Shown: positions 1 through 11,878 of the stretch, piece by piece | Position numbering within the stretch: the stretch's first letter is position 1 | Layout of the letters: each line of letters starts with the position of its first letter | DNA from: Mobula hypostoma | Taxonomy: Eukaryota | Length of the DNA stretch: 64,000 nucleotides | NCBI RefSeq assembly: GCF_963921235.1 | Contig: NC_086097.1 | Location: 224,690,001-224,754,000 of the forward strand | Direction: 5' to 3' | Translations under genes and position numbers: made by a program | The notes under the pieces: model-generated | Database searches by the model: none | What the model saw: the letters and a program-made list of their open reading frames with translations, nothing else | Told to the model about the DNA's origin: nothing

Positions 1-324
1 GCAGGGTAGCAGCAAAATACATCACAGTAAGGAAGGATTGAGGTGAGGCCATTTAGGACCAAAGGCATTTTGAATTCTATAAGGTGAAGGGTATAATTGA
101 TGGCAAGTTATGAGACCTCATATTGAAAATATTATATTAGAAGACCTAACTGACTGTTGACTCTCAATATTCTGACCCTCCACTCTCTAGGACAACCAAA
201 AAAAGTACTATCATACAAAGATAGCAGAAATTGTTTGGCTAAGCTGACGGTATATTATTGGGCAACACACATCAAAGTTGCTGGTGAACGCAGCAGGCCA
301 GGCAGCATCTCTAGGAAGAGGTGC

Positions 325-360
325 AGTCGACGTTTCAGGCCGAAACCCTTCGTCAGGACT
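325..360 (-). ncRNA. Minimal type I hammerhead ribozyme motif in PLE terminus
   Basis: Minus strand reads AGUC-CUGACGA-AGG(guuucgg)CCU-GAAA-C-GUC^GACU. The core boxes are intact, with stem I AGUC/GACU and stem II AGG/CCU. Confidence 0.75.
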
Positions 361-775
361 AACTGAAGGAAGAGTGAGTAAGAGATTTGAAAGTGGGAGG
401 GGGAGAGAGAGATCCAAAATGATAGGAGAAGACAGGAGGGGGAGGGATGGAGCCAAGAGCTGGACAGGTGATTGGCAAAGGGGATATGAGAGGATCATGG
501 GACAGGAGGCCTAGGGAGAAGGAAAGGGGTGGGGGGGGGGGGAGAAACCCAGAGGATGGGCAAGGGGTATAGTCAGAGGGACAGAGGGAGAAAAAGGAGA
601 GTGAGAGAAAGAATGTGTGTATAAAAATAAGTAACAGACGATCCTCTCATATCCCTTTTGCCAATGACCTGTCCAGCTCTTGGCTCCATCCCTCCCCCTC
701 CTGTCTTCTCCTATCATTTTGGATCTCCCCCTCCCCCTCCAACTTTCAAATCTCTTACTCACTCTTCCTTCAGTT

Positions 776-811
776 AGTCCTGACGAAGGGTCTCGGCCTG
801 AAACGTCGACT
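776..811 (+). ncRNA. Minimal type I hammerhead ribozyme motif in PLE terminus
   Basis: AGTC-CTGACGA-AGG(gtctcgg)CCT-GAAA-C-GTC^GACT: canonical CUGANGA/GAAA/NUH core with a very short stem III. Confidence 0.8.
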
Positions 812-2676
812 GCACCTCTTCCTAGAGATGTTGCCTGGCCTGCTGCGTTCACCAGCAACTTTGATGTGTGTTGCTTGAATTTCCAGCATCTGCAGAATTC
901 CTGTTGTTTGGTATATTATTGGGAATGGTTATCTCACTTATAGAAAGACACACAGGGTACTTGAAAGATGTTTGTATTATAATGGTGTATAAGGTATCAT
1001 TTTGTGTTGAGAGATTTGGGAGGGGTCTTCAGTGATCCAACTTACATTCTTCCTACAAGCTTGAGGGTCCACACCAGCACTGGAATTGATACAATATACC
1101 AAAGTTACTTTCAAGATTACCTTTAGTGATATAGTGATACTTCAAATCACACTCAAATACCAAGTAGAGACTGGTGGTAGAAATTCTTGTCTTGTTGACC
1201 GGATGCTGGAAAACTGTTGTTAGTCAGGTGCTAGAAAACCAATGTGGTCCCAAGAACAATTAAGATTCATACAAAGTGTGTAGAATTTTAAACGACATTG
1301 CATAGCCATTACTTCTTGAGTTATTTTGTTCTGCAAATTTCTTCAAACAGGGCTGTATGCTGTAATTTTCTGTTTCATATTTTATGTAGGTCTTCAAGGT
1401 TGTTGTAATTATTATTTACAATATTCACCAGTTTCCACAGCCTTTTTTGCAAGAAGTGATTGGTAGTGTGTAGTATGATATGTCTCTCCATGTGGTGGTC
1501 GTGTGGTCGAGGATGTTAAGCTACAGAACCCATCAGTACATAGGTTATTGACATAGATACAGAATATAAATACCATGAAAATTAGATTTTGGCAGCTGCA
1601 GTACAGCACATTAGAAACATGACAGAGATAAATTATTGTAAACTTAAATTCAATTATTTGTAACCTACACAATAAAATAAACATAATGACATTAGTGCAA
1701 ATTGAGAGAAAAAGAAATATAGTACAAAGTTGTATCAGAGTTTTCTGGTCAGTTCAAGAACTGGTGGAGATGGGGATGAAGACAGAGTTTGCTATATACC
1801 ACATAGAATATAGAGTCTGTATTCTGTCACACCAAAGATTTCAGTTACAATTATTTTAATCTGGTGCCTGCTTTCCACAACCCCATTGAGTTACCTAGGT
1901 TGGGCAAAAACATGTTTCATTGACATAATAATGAACTTTCTTATAACAATGATACAGATTTAGACATCAGAAGATTAAGAGGCTGTGTGATTTATTTTCA
2001 TAAAATGAATATGTCATTAAACTTTGCAAGGAAGTGAATGACAAAGGCTATTATAATTATGTAAGATAAAACCATCAGCGTGTCATGAAAAGAGGATATC
2101 TCACACTTTCAGGATTGCTTTCTCCATAATAGCCTTCAAGGAGCTCCACATAAATACTCCTTGTTCTCACAAAGGTAATCAAGCAAATTTCCAGGACAGC
2201 CATCCAGGACAAACAGCAGGGATACAGAGGGCAGCCATGCCAAGTAACCAGTATAAATCTTTTACATTAGCAAGCAGTATAAGGATTACCTTCAGTGCCA
2301 AATTTAGAATCTAAGGCTTCCGTTGTGTATCTGGGTCTTAACAGTGTTTCTCCTCTTTTTACCTGAGTGGGTGGAAAAACACAGACATCCGCATAAATCA
2401 ACTGGCGTACTTCTGTCAGCTACGACAGTTTCTCTGGATAGTTTAGAAATTAACTTGATTAAGTATCATATCTACTTTGGTGTCTTTTTAGTGTGATAGT
2501 GCTTGTTTATACAACAGTCAAAACCCAGGGATATAAATCAGGTTCAAGTATGACAATAGCTGGGAGATGTGAGATTCCAGGAGGTCTTGCTGATTTTAGT
2601 GGCAATGACTAATAATTTGCTAAACAGATCTATTGGCCACAGTCAACTGTTCCGTAGCAGGTTGGCAAAGTTGACA

Positions 2677-3267
2677 AAGGATGTAGTACTGAGGCTTTAT
2701 AAGGCATTGGTCAGACCATACTTGGAGTATTGTGAGCAGTATTGGGCCTCTTATCTAAGGAAACGTGTGCTGACATTAGAGAGGGCCCAGAGGAGGTTCA
2801 CAAGAATGATCCCAGGAATGAAAGGTTTAATATATGAGGAACATTTGTTGGCTCTGGGTCTGTACTTGCTGGTGTTTAGAGGAATGAGGGGATCTCATTG
2901 AAACCTATAAACTATTGAAGGGCCTAGATAGAGGGGATGTGAAGGGGATTCTTCCTATAGTGGGGGAGTCTAGGACCAGCTTCAGAATACAAGGATGTCC
3001 CTTTAGAACAGAGATGAGGCGGAGTTTATTTAAATAGGGGGCAGTGAATCTATGAAATTCATTGCCACAGATGGCTGTGCAGGTCAAGTCATTGGGTATA
3101 TTTAAGGTTGATAGGTACTTGATTTTTAAGGGTTTTTGATTAAAGTTTATGGGGAGAAGGGAGGAGGGGGGTTGAGAGAGATAATAAATCAGCCATAACA
3201 GAATGTTGGAGCAGACTCGATGGGTCGACTAACATAATTCTGTTCCACCATTCTGCCTTATGGTCTG
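2677..3267 (+). mobile_element. CR1 LINE 3' fragment
   Basis: ORF 2569-2901 contains LYKALVRPYLEYCEQYW…LERAQRRFTRMIPG, the CR1 ORF2 C-terminus, followed by a CR1-type 3' UTR. Confidence 0.85.
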
Positions 3268-4396
3268 AAGTTGAGTTTTGGGGTGGGGTGGTAAAGACAC
3301 CGAATATTATTGTCTGATTTTGGGATTTATAAGTAGGAAGAAGGAGGGTTAATGGTCTGACTGGTCAAGGGTGGTTCCATGAAGGTGTGCTTATAACTTC
3401 ATATTGGAAAGGCTTGTGACAAATACATCCAGACCCAACCCCTTCCTGCAGAAAATGGGCTTCCAGAACCCTGGAAATTCCCATCCTGAGAGTTAAATAG
3501 AAGTTTAATTTGTTGAGCAAAGCAGCCTTATTAAAATAGGTGTTTCTAGAGACCATATTAGTCATCTGCTTTCCAACATACCTCTCTGGTAAAACATGAA
3601 GATTGTAGACAGACTATGTTTAGCTAACTCTTTATTGTGACATCAGAGGTTAATATTCCCTGACCAACTTGCAATAGTTTTACTTCTTCAAAATAAATTA
3701 CATTTATAATAATACTGATTAACTGTGCATAACTCTAGCAAAAAGAGAATAAGCATGAAGGAAATGCTGTGATTTAGTGACAGTAACTTTAGTAGGATCT
3801 CCATATATCTTAGATTTGTGAACTTCTTCCCATCACTCACTGCACAGTTACCTAGCAAGGAAGGCAGTGTCAGAAGTGCATTATCAAAAGAAACACGAGA
3901 GAGATTTTCACATTAACTACAACGTTATTTCCACACAGTACTGCCAATGGCCAGGCCACTGACACTGTGGTTCGATAAACTCGGCTTGTATTGATGGCTC
4001 TGTGTGACATGATGTTTAAGATCTGATTGGTCACATGGAGGGAACTCTTTTCTGTTTGTGTGTTGAGTGAAACATAAAAGGTCAGAACTTTAAAGACCTA
4101 TTTCTTTATGAGAGAAGTGGGCAGGGGGATGATAGCAGCTGGAAATAGTGGGAATGGAGGTAGATGACGTATGCAGAACAATTGAACTATCGTCTGTAAA
4201 AATAGTAGATGGTTATTCAATGAAAATTTTCAAATCAGGAATCAATGCATTTTTGTTAGCCAAGGGAATTACAGAATATGATGGTAGCAAGTTACAGATC
4301 AACAATGATTTTATTGAATTGCAGATCAAATAAAAGGGAGTGAAAACTCCAGGTGTATTCATAATTTTATGTTTATACTTTGGGAAGGATAACAGG

Positions 4397-4978
4397 TGTA
4401 ACTCTCGCTTCAGCTAGCGGCTTAATATAGGGGATGATGCCCCCCACCTGGCCCAGCCAAACTTAAAAAATCTTGTTTGGGTGGCTGCTGCATGATGTGT
4501 CCCCTGTTACAAATCAGTACCACGAAATAGCAAACAGTACACAATATGCGATTAAACAATTGAGCTTTATAATTCTTAATTTTACTCTATGGTTAGTAAA
4601 GAAAACAAAAAGAAAAAGGGCCCATTCTCATGAAACAGTCTAATGCACAAGGTTGGAACTCTCTGATAGGCCGCTCGTCCACCATTGACCTCCTCCGATC
4701 GTCACTGACCTTCAGACCCTCACTCCAAGCCCACTCCGTCCGGCCGTCTACCAACTCTCTCCATTTGAGTCCTCTCTCCTCATCTCTCCCCGGCAAAAGA
4801 CTGCGAATTCCCAGCTCCCAGACACACAACAAAAATCAACATCCTGCTCATTGGCCAACATGCCCCGTTATCTCCAGTCATAACCCAAACATTGCTGATA
4901 CAGAGGAACCATTGCCTTAGCAGTGGAATGTTAAAGAGAAGCCATTACATTAGCAGTGAAACCTTACAGCGTGTTATA
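4397..4978 (-). mobile_element. Solo LTR (Gypsy-like)
   Basis: Termini TGTAAC…GTTATA (GTTACA with one change). 4-bp TSD CAGG at 4393-4396 and 4979-4982. Similar to the reverse complement of 9678-10263. Confidence 0.7.
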
Positions 4979-4997
4979 CAGGGATTATTAAACGCTT

Positions 4998-5524
4998 GGT
5001 GATGCTTGTCTATGGTGTTCAATGATGGCAGGAAACCCATGTGGGACTGTAGATAAGCCATTGCACTGCGGCAGTTCCACTCTCTCAACCTCGGAAGTCC
5101 AGGTCCAGTGATAAGAACAAGTGTCACAAGTGGGCTCTTTCTTGGTTGTAGTGGATGATCATGACATCTTCTGTGCCTTATCACATGCTTTGCTCTCCAT
5201 AAAATGTTATAGAGCCACCTTCCTGGCCATTGGACTTCAGTGTAGATCTCATCCGCCCAGTCCACTGGTGCTGACTCTGCATGCTAGGACAGGCATATCC
5301 CTGTCTCACCCGGGTACGAGAGTGCCAGCTACCCTCACCTGGTTTAGCGTGCTTGCCGAAGCGGTGTACCAGGGTGAGGTTGCTGTCACAGGCAACCAGC
5401 TAATTGGAACCACAGGTGAGGGCTGAATTTCCGGTGGGGACCGAAAGTGAGAGAGTTGCCCCAGAATGGGCATGATAAGCCATGCCATTTCGCCAGCGAT
5501 TCTGCCCCTCCCTAGACACTCCAT
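4998..5524 (-). mobile_element. Probable non-autonomous RTE-derived element (5' UTR-like part plus 3' end)
   Basis: GC-richer, structured, non-coding block (CCTCACCCTGGT…ACCAGGTGAGG hairpin). It resembles RTE 5' UTRs as I recall them; no ORF homology. Confidence 0.4.
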
Positions 5525-6633
5525 ATATTCCTTTAGAAAGTTTAATGATTCAATTTATCAAAGATTTTACCAATGAAAAATGTTCCTGAAGAGAAAGAAT
5601 CAATTACTCTGAAACTTTGCTCCTTGTCCATTTAATAATTTCATATTTTTCCTCATGTAACTTGCCTTTGATCAAGCATCTAAAGGATCTAGCCCCACTG
5701 GACAACTGGGAGTTCCAGGAACGTAGTACAAAGTTCAGGAATATGTGTACTGAGGGATAATTCCTTACCGCAGACAATTATTTATGGTTTCTAAATCAAA
5801 TTCATATATGTCTGTGGCTCGTTTTAGACTGCAAATATTTACTTTTGAATACTTTAATCTCCCACTTTCTTGGTGCAATTGAAAGATCATTAGTAAATCT
5901 CTTTCCTCATTGATCACTGCATTTCCATTGTGCCTATTTCTTTCTTATATGTGAAACCTTGTAGTCATTTTTTAAATTTACCTCTGGTTATTCTTCAACT
6001 TGGCATTTTTTTTTGAAATGAAAGTTTTCATTAAGGTACTATAATTGTTAGCTTTTTAAAAAAAATTATTGATTCTGTTGGGTTTTTACACATTATATCT
6101 GTCCCTCTGATGAGGTTTCCTGGAAGAAAGCAAAGATCTTTCCTTAATGACCATTGGATGAAACGAATGTCCTATGTGGAAGACGCAGAGGTTGGAGGTG
6201 CTGTGGATAGTGTAAAGGGCTGTCAGAGGTTACAGCGGGATGTTGATAGGATGCAAAACTGGGCTGAGAAATGACAGATGGAGTTCAACCCAGATAAGTG
6301 TGAAGTGGTTAATTTTGGTAGGTCAAATATGATGGCAGAATATAGTATTAATGGTAAGACTCTTGGCAGTGTGGAGGATCAGAGGGATCTTGGGGTCTGA
6401 GTCCATAGGACAGTCAAAGCAGCTGCGCAGGTTGACTCTGTGGTTAAGGCGGCATATGGTGTACTGGCCTTCATTAATTGTGGAATTGAATTTATGAGCC
6501 GAGAAGTAATGTTGCAGCTATATAGGACCCTGGTCAGACCCCACTTGGAGTACTGTGCTCAGTTCTGGTCACCTCACTACAGGAAGGATGTGGAAACCAT
6601 AGAAAGGGTGCAGAGGAGATTTTCAAGGATGTT

Positions 6634-6675
6634 AACAACAGGAATTCTGCAGATGCTGGAAATTCAAGCAACACA
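6634..6675 (-). mobile_element. 42-bp Penelope terminal-extension fragment inserted in CR1
   Basis: AACAACAGGAATTCTGCAGATGCTGGAAATTCAAGCAACACA is the reverse complement of 867-908. Flanked by TTTTCAAGGATGTT and TTTACAAGGATGTT. Confidence 0.8.
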
Positions 6676-6713
6676 AGGCTGTTTACAAGGATGTTGCCTG
6701 GATTGGGGAGCAT

Positions 6714-8977
6714 AGCTATGGAAAGGATGAAAACAGACAAAATGGGAAAGTGCTTAACTGGAGAAGGGATAACTATGAAGGGATGAGGCAGGAACTAGTG
6801 AGAGTAAACTGGAAACAGATTTTCAAGGGTGACAGCACAGAAGTAATGTGGAGGAAGTTTAGAGACCACTTGTGCTGGGTTCAGGATAGGTTTGTCCCAC
6901 TGAGACAAGGAAAAAATGGTAGGAAAAGGGAACCGTGGCTGACAAAACATGTAAGGCAACTTGTCAAGAGGAAGGAGGAAGCATATGTTAGATATAAGAA
7001 GCAGGAAGGAGGGGCTCATGAGAAATATGGGATAGCCAGGAAGGAGCTTAAGAAAGGACTTAGGAGAGCTCGAAGTGGGCATGAGAAGGCCTTGGCACGT
7101 AGGATTAAGGAGAACCCCAAGGTTTTCTATGTGTATGTGAAGAACAGAAGGACGACAAGAATGAAGGTGGGGCCGCTAAAGGATAAAGAAGGCAACATGT
7201 GCTTGGAGGCGGAGGAGGTTGGGGAGGTTCTAAATGAATACCTTGCTTCAGTATTCACAAGTGAAAAGGACCTTGATCAGGGCGAGGTCAAAATAGAACA
7301 GGCCTATGTGCTGGACAGTGCAAAGATTAAGGAAGAAGAATGTTGGATCTTCTTAAAAACATCAAGATTGACAAGTCCCCAGGGCCAGACATGATATACC
7401 CTAGGCTGCTGTGGGAAATGAGAGAAGAGATCACTGGAGCAGTAGCTATGATCTTTGAATCCTCTTTGGCTGCAGGGGAGGTGCCAGAGGATTGGAGAAT
7501 GGCAAATGTAGTTCCCTTGTTTAAAAAAAAGGTAATAGGGAGAATCCTGGGAACTATGGACTAGTGAGTCTTACGTCGGTGGTCTGCAAACTATTGGAAA
7601 GGATTCTTAAGGATAGGATCTAAGAGCATTTGGAGAAGTACAGTCTACTCAAGGATAGTCAACATGGCTTTGTGAAGGGAAGGTTTTGCCTCATGAGCCT
7701 AATTGAGTTTTTTTGAAGAGGTAACAAAAGAAATTGATGAGGGTAGGGTGGTAGATGTGGTCTACATGGATTTTAGCAAGGCATTTGACAAGGTCCCCCA
7801 TGAGAGACTCATCCAGAAAGTCATGAGGCATGGGATCAGTGGAACCTTGGCTGTTTGGATAAAAAAAATTGGCTTACAGGAAGAAAGCAGAGGGTAATAG
7901 TGAAAGGAAAGTATTCTGCCTGGAGTTCAGTGACTAGTAGAGTGCTGCAAGGATTTGTCCTGGGACCCCTGCTCTTTGTGATTTTTATAAATGACCTGGA
8001 TGAAGAGGTGGAAGGATGGGTGAGTAAGTTTGTGGATGACATGAAGATTGGAAGAGTTGTGGATGGAGCTGTAGATTGTCGAAGGTTACAAGAGGATATA
8101 AATCGGACGCAGAGTTGGGCAGAACAGTGGCAGATGGAGTTCAATCTGGATAAGTGGGAGGTGATGCATTTTGGAAGGACAAACCAGAAGGCTGAGTACA
8201 GGGTTAATGGTCGTTTACTTAAGAGTGTGGATGAACAGAGGGACCTTGGGGTTCAAATCCATACATCCCTCAAGGTCGCTGCACAGGTTGATAGGATAGT
8301 TAAGAAGGCCTATGGAATGCTAGGCTTCATTAATAGGGGGATTGAATTCAAGAGTAGAGAGGTCATGTTGCAACTCTACAAATCTCTGGTGAGACCACAC
8401 TTAGAGTATTGTGATCAGTTCTGGTCACCTCGTTATAGGAAGGATGTGGAAGCTATAGAGAGGGTGCAGAGGAGATTTACCGGGATGTTGCCTGGATTGG
8501 AAAACAAGTCTTATGAGGCAAGGTTAGCAGAGCTGGGACATTTCTCTTTGGAGCGTAGATGGATGAGAGGAGACAATAGAGGTCTACAAGATTATGAGAG
8601 GTAAAGATAGGGTGGATAGTCAGTACCTGTTTCCCAGGGCACAAATAGCAACCACCAAAGGGCATATGTACAAAATTAAGGGAGGGAAGTTTAGGGGAGA
8701 CAAGAGGGGCAAGTTTTTTTTTTATATATATATAAACACAGATGGTTGTGGGTGCCTGGAATGACTTGCTAGGGATGGTGGTGGAGGCTAAAACATTAGG
8801 GGTATTTAAGAGCCTCTTGGACAGGCACATAGATGAAAGGAAAATAGAGGGTTATGGGGTAGTGTGCAGGTTTAGTACTCTTTTTTTAAGGAACATATGG
8901 GTCAGCACAACATCGAGGGCCGAAGGGCCTGTACTGTGCTGTAGTATTCTAATGTCTAGTGTCTAGTTCTAGTGTCT
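6714..8977 (+). mobile_element. CR1 LINE (inner copy), 5'-truncated, ORF2 RT pseudogene
   Basis: Frameshifted ORFs 6750-7394, 7340-7564, 7703-7897 and 7855-8604 carry KSPGPD, DFSKAFDKVPH, QGFVLGPLLF and SKFVDD. Ends in a (TCTAGTG)n tail. Confidence 0.92.
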
Positions 8978-9677
8978 ACCTTATGAAAACAGGTTGAGTG
9001 AACTCAGCCTTTTCTCCTTGGAGCGGAGAAGGGTGAGAGGTGAGCTGATAGAGGTGTATAAGATGATGAGAGGCATTGACTGTGTGGATAATCAGAGGCT
9101 TTTTCCCCCAAGGGCTGAAATGGTTGTCGCAACAGGGCACAGGTTTAAGGTGCTTTGGAGTAGATACAGAGGTGATGTCGGGGTAAGTTTTTTTTAATAA
9201 CGCAGACAGTGGTGAGTGCGTGGAACTGGCTGCTGGCAACGGTGGTGTAGGTGGATACAATATGGTCTTTTAAGAGACTTTTGGATAGGTACATGGAGCT
9301 TAGAAAAATAGAGAGCTATGGGTAACCCTAGTAATTTCTAAGGTAGGGACATGTTTTAGCACAACTTTATAGGCCGAAGGGCCTGTATTGTGCTGTAGGT
9401 TTTCTATGTTTCTATGGATGTGTTTAACAGTGTGAGATAACAATCTTGTCCTTACATCTTGTCCCCTCTGATTCTAAATTATTTTACTTAAAGCAAAAGA
9501 GCAGTCTACCTTCTCAGCTTGTGCAGCAGTTGTGAAGAATGGCTTAAGAAAGATCCACATCACTCACAGGTATTTTGGCAAAGTCTCCACTGATGCCTGC
9601 ATTAAGAAGTAAACAGAGTTTAAAGTTGCTCAGGTAAACTTTCCAATCATATTGCTTTATTCTAGTTGCTATTTATT

Positions 9678-10263
9678 TGTAGGGTTCTCAGAAATACTCA
9701 TCACGTTAATTGTTAAGGCTGACAAAATGGCTTCTCTGTACGGTTAACTGCTGAGTTAGGGGTTCTCTGGAGCAGCATGTTTGGGTTACAATTAGTGATA
9801 ACGGGACCTGTATTCATTTGCTAGCCAATGGAGGTCATATTATTCTATCTGTATGTGCGGGAACTGGAGGAGAAGCGGGGCTTTTGGTGGAGGAGAAGAG
9901 GTTGGATGTGAGTCGAGCGCTCTGGTAGATCACAGGGAGTGATCCCAGCCGAGGGTCGACGGAGTCCGGAGGAGATCAAGGGGAGGAATGGATACCGAAT
10001 TTCATGAGCTCCAATGAATTATTATGCACAGAACTGATAAAATTTATTGATTTGGTGCCTTTATTTTATTTGTTTCTACTAACCCATCACCGAGAAATAA
10101 TTATAAAGTGTTACTTGCCTATTGTGTACCGTCTGATATTTTATGTCGTGGGCTTGTACCTGGGTGCAATCACACAGTATCAACACCAACACGATTAGAG
10201 TTGGCGGGGTCAACGCCAGTTTACCCTAGACGAACGGGAGTCAAGTGGGGCATAGTCGCTACA
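9678..10263 (+). mobile_element. Solo LTR (Gypsy-like)
   Basis: Perfect TGTAG…CTACA termini, 4-bp TSD TATT (9674-9677 and 10264-10267), 586 bp, non-coding. Confidence 0.8.
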
Positions 10264-10339
10264 TATTCTTGATTTAAATGAGTTAATACTCACCTAAAAA
10301 TAGCACAGGGTAGAATATAATACAGGTGCATTCATATCA

Positions 10340-10625
10340 GGCGGCATGGTACTATAATGGTTAGCACAATGCTTTGTAGTACAGGCGACCCAGGTTCAAT
10401 TCCTGTGCCTGTAAGGAGTTTGTACGTTCTCCCCGTGGCCGTGTGGTTTTCCTCCAGGTGCTCCAGTTTCTTCCCACAGTCCAAAGGTGTACCAGTTAGT
10501 AGGTTAATTGGTCATTATAAATTGTCCCATGATTAGGCTGGAATTAAATCAGGGGATCGCGGGGTGGCACAGATGAAAGGGCCAAAAGGGCATATTCCAC
10601 GCTTGTATCTCAATAAGTAAATAAA
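10340..10625 (+). mobile_element. tRNA-derived V-SINE (HE1-like)
   Basis: A-box/B-box head (GGTTCAATTCC), V-domain GGTTTTCCTCCAGGTGCTCCAGTTTCTTCCCACAGTCCAAAG and an (AATA)n-like tail. Confidence 0.85.
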
Positions 10626-11878
10626 TTACAGTAAATCTTGCCATCTAAATTTCTTAAAACAAAATCCCCCATGTTTAAAGTGTGGTCTTTATATTGTCAG
10701 TGCCCGACACAGAAATTGCCATTTGCTGGAAGCATAAATCAATTAACAGAAGCATTTTCTTTTGTAAGAGCGTCTGTCAAATGTACAAAAGTATAATATT
10801 CAGGCAGTTAGAATGCTAAATTTCACAAAAAAAACATTTCCCCCAGTAGCTGGTTGTGTACTTAGTTTTGTTTCTTCTGTCAAGTAACGAAGAGACAGTT
10901 TATTTGCATGTCATTCAGTTCATACATCACCTAAGAAATAGTACGCTAATTCTCCTGTTAACAGATGCAGGCAGGAAGAGTGCAGCTAAACTGTGGTGTA
11001 AACTGAACAGCCAGCAACATACAATTAATGACTGTGATCCTAATGTACTGTAACTTTTGTGTGCTCTACTAATATGTATATTTTCCAGTTTACTTAACTG
11101 ATGCCATAAGAGGGGTTACTCCACTGCTCTCCATCCATACGTTGAGTGCTTCTCATGGTGTAAAATCCACTGAACAAAGTGCTGTGCAAAAGTAACAAAA
11201 ATACTGAGATTGGCATAACAATCTTAAGCAGGTTAAGAGTCATTGGAAGTATTAAGGTTAATGAATGTTATGGATCACCAAGTTAAAATTAAGGCTTAGC
11301 CAAATAAAACAGAGTTCAAATTGTTAACAGGCTATTTTACTTCCTGATCTGTGAAGTCCTGCAAATTCAGCATTCTCCAAGAGTTAAAAATGCCACGTGC
11401 TGGCAGCAGTACCACTCACTTTATGTGTGATCATTAATCTCTGGCTATCAGAATGTCATATGTCTGTAAAAAATAATAAGCTATTATTTTAAACTTGTCG
11501 AAACTGAGAAGCAAGAACAAATTTAAAATGTGGATGTACAATAATTCATCTGTTAAACCGCACAAGAAATCTGATCACCAGTCATTAATGCCAAGAATCC
11601 ATATTTCTTCATTACTAAGCACGTTCAAAGGGAAAAGCTAAAGCAGAGATTGCATCTGTTGCCACATACAATGAAGTCGGTATCTTCAGAGGTCAGAGGT
11701 AGTGCAAGGATATCTGCTCTAACCTATAATCAAAACTGAAAAAATCCAGTATTGGGTGATTAATAATTAAAAGAAAACTCATTGTACTTACAGCTCCCAC
11801 CATTTCCACCGAGATAATAGCTATTCACTCTGGTGTGTTAATTTGTATTCATACTATAGCACTAGATATCAATTAAAG

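Larger units (their letters stand above)
262..909. mobile_element. Penelope-like element terminal (pLTR) insertion with inverted arms
   Basis: 262-496 is the reverse complement of 640-874. The sequence matches the terminus of the RT/GIY-YIG element at 25124-28491. Flanked by TSD GGTATATTATTGGG (249-262 and 910-923). Confidence 0.9.
6172..9416 (+). mobile_element. CR1 LINE (outer copy), interrupted at 6634-6681 and 6714-8977
   Basis: ORFs 6440-6715 and 8994-9197 join as consecutive CR1 ORF2 C-terminal segments (…GGGGAGCAT | ACCTTATGAAAACAGG…). Ends in a (TTTCTATG)n tail. Confidence 0.85.

Noticed and set aside
157..943. Overlapping short ORFs on both strands (also 25062-25535 and 40288-40724)
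   Set aside because: They are translations of the non-coding PLE terminal repeat and recur only because the repeat recurs.
2363..2433. Possible 71-nt minus-strand exon (TATCCAG|…CAG|GTAAAA)
   Set aside because: Weak polypyrimidine tract and an unrecognised peptide; not distinguishable from chance without RNA data.
10340..10410. tRNA gene
   Set aside because: The A/B boxes belong to a SINE head followed by the V-domain; there is no complete cloverleaf.
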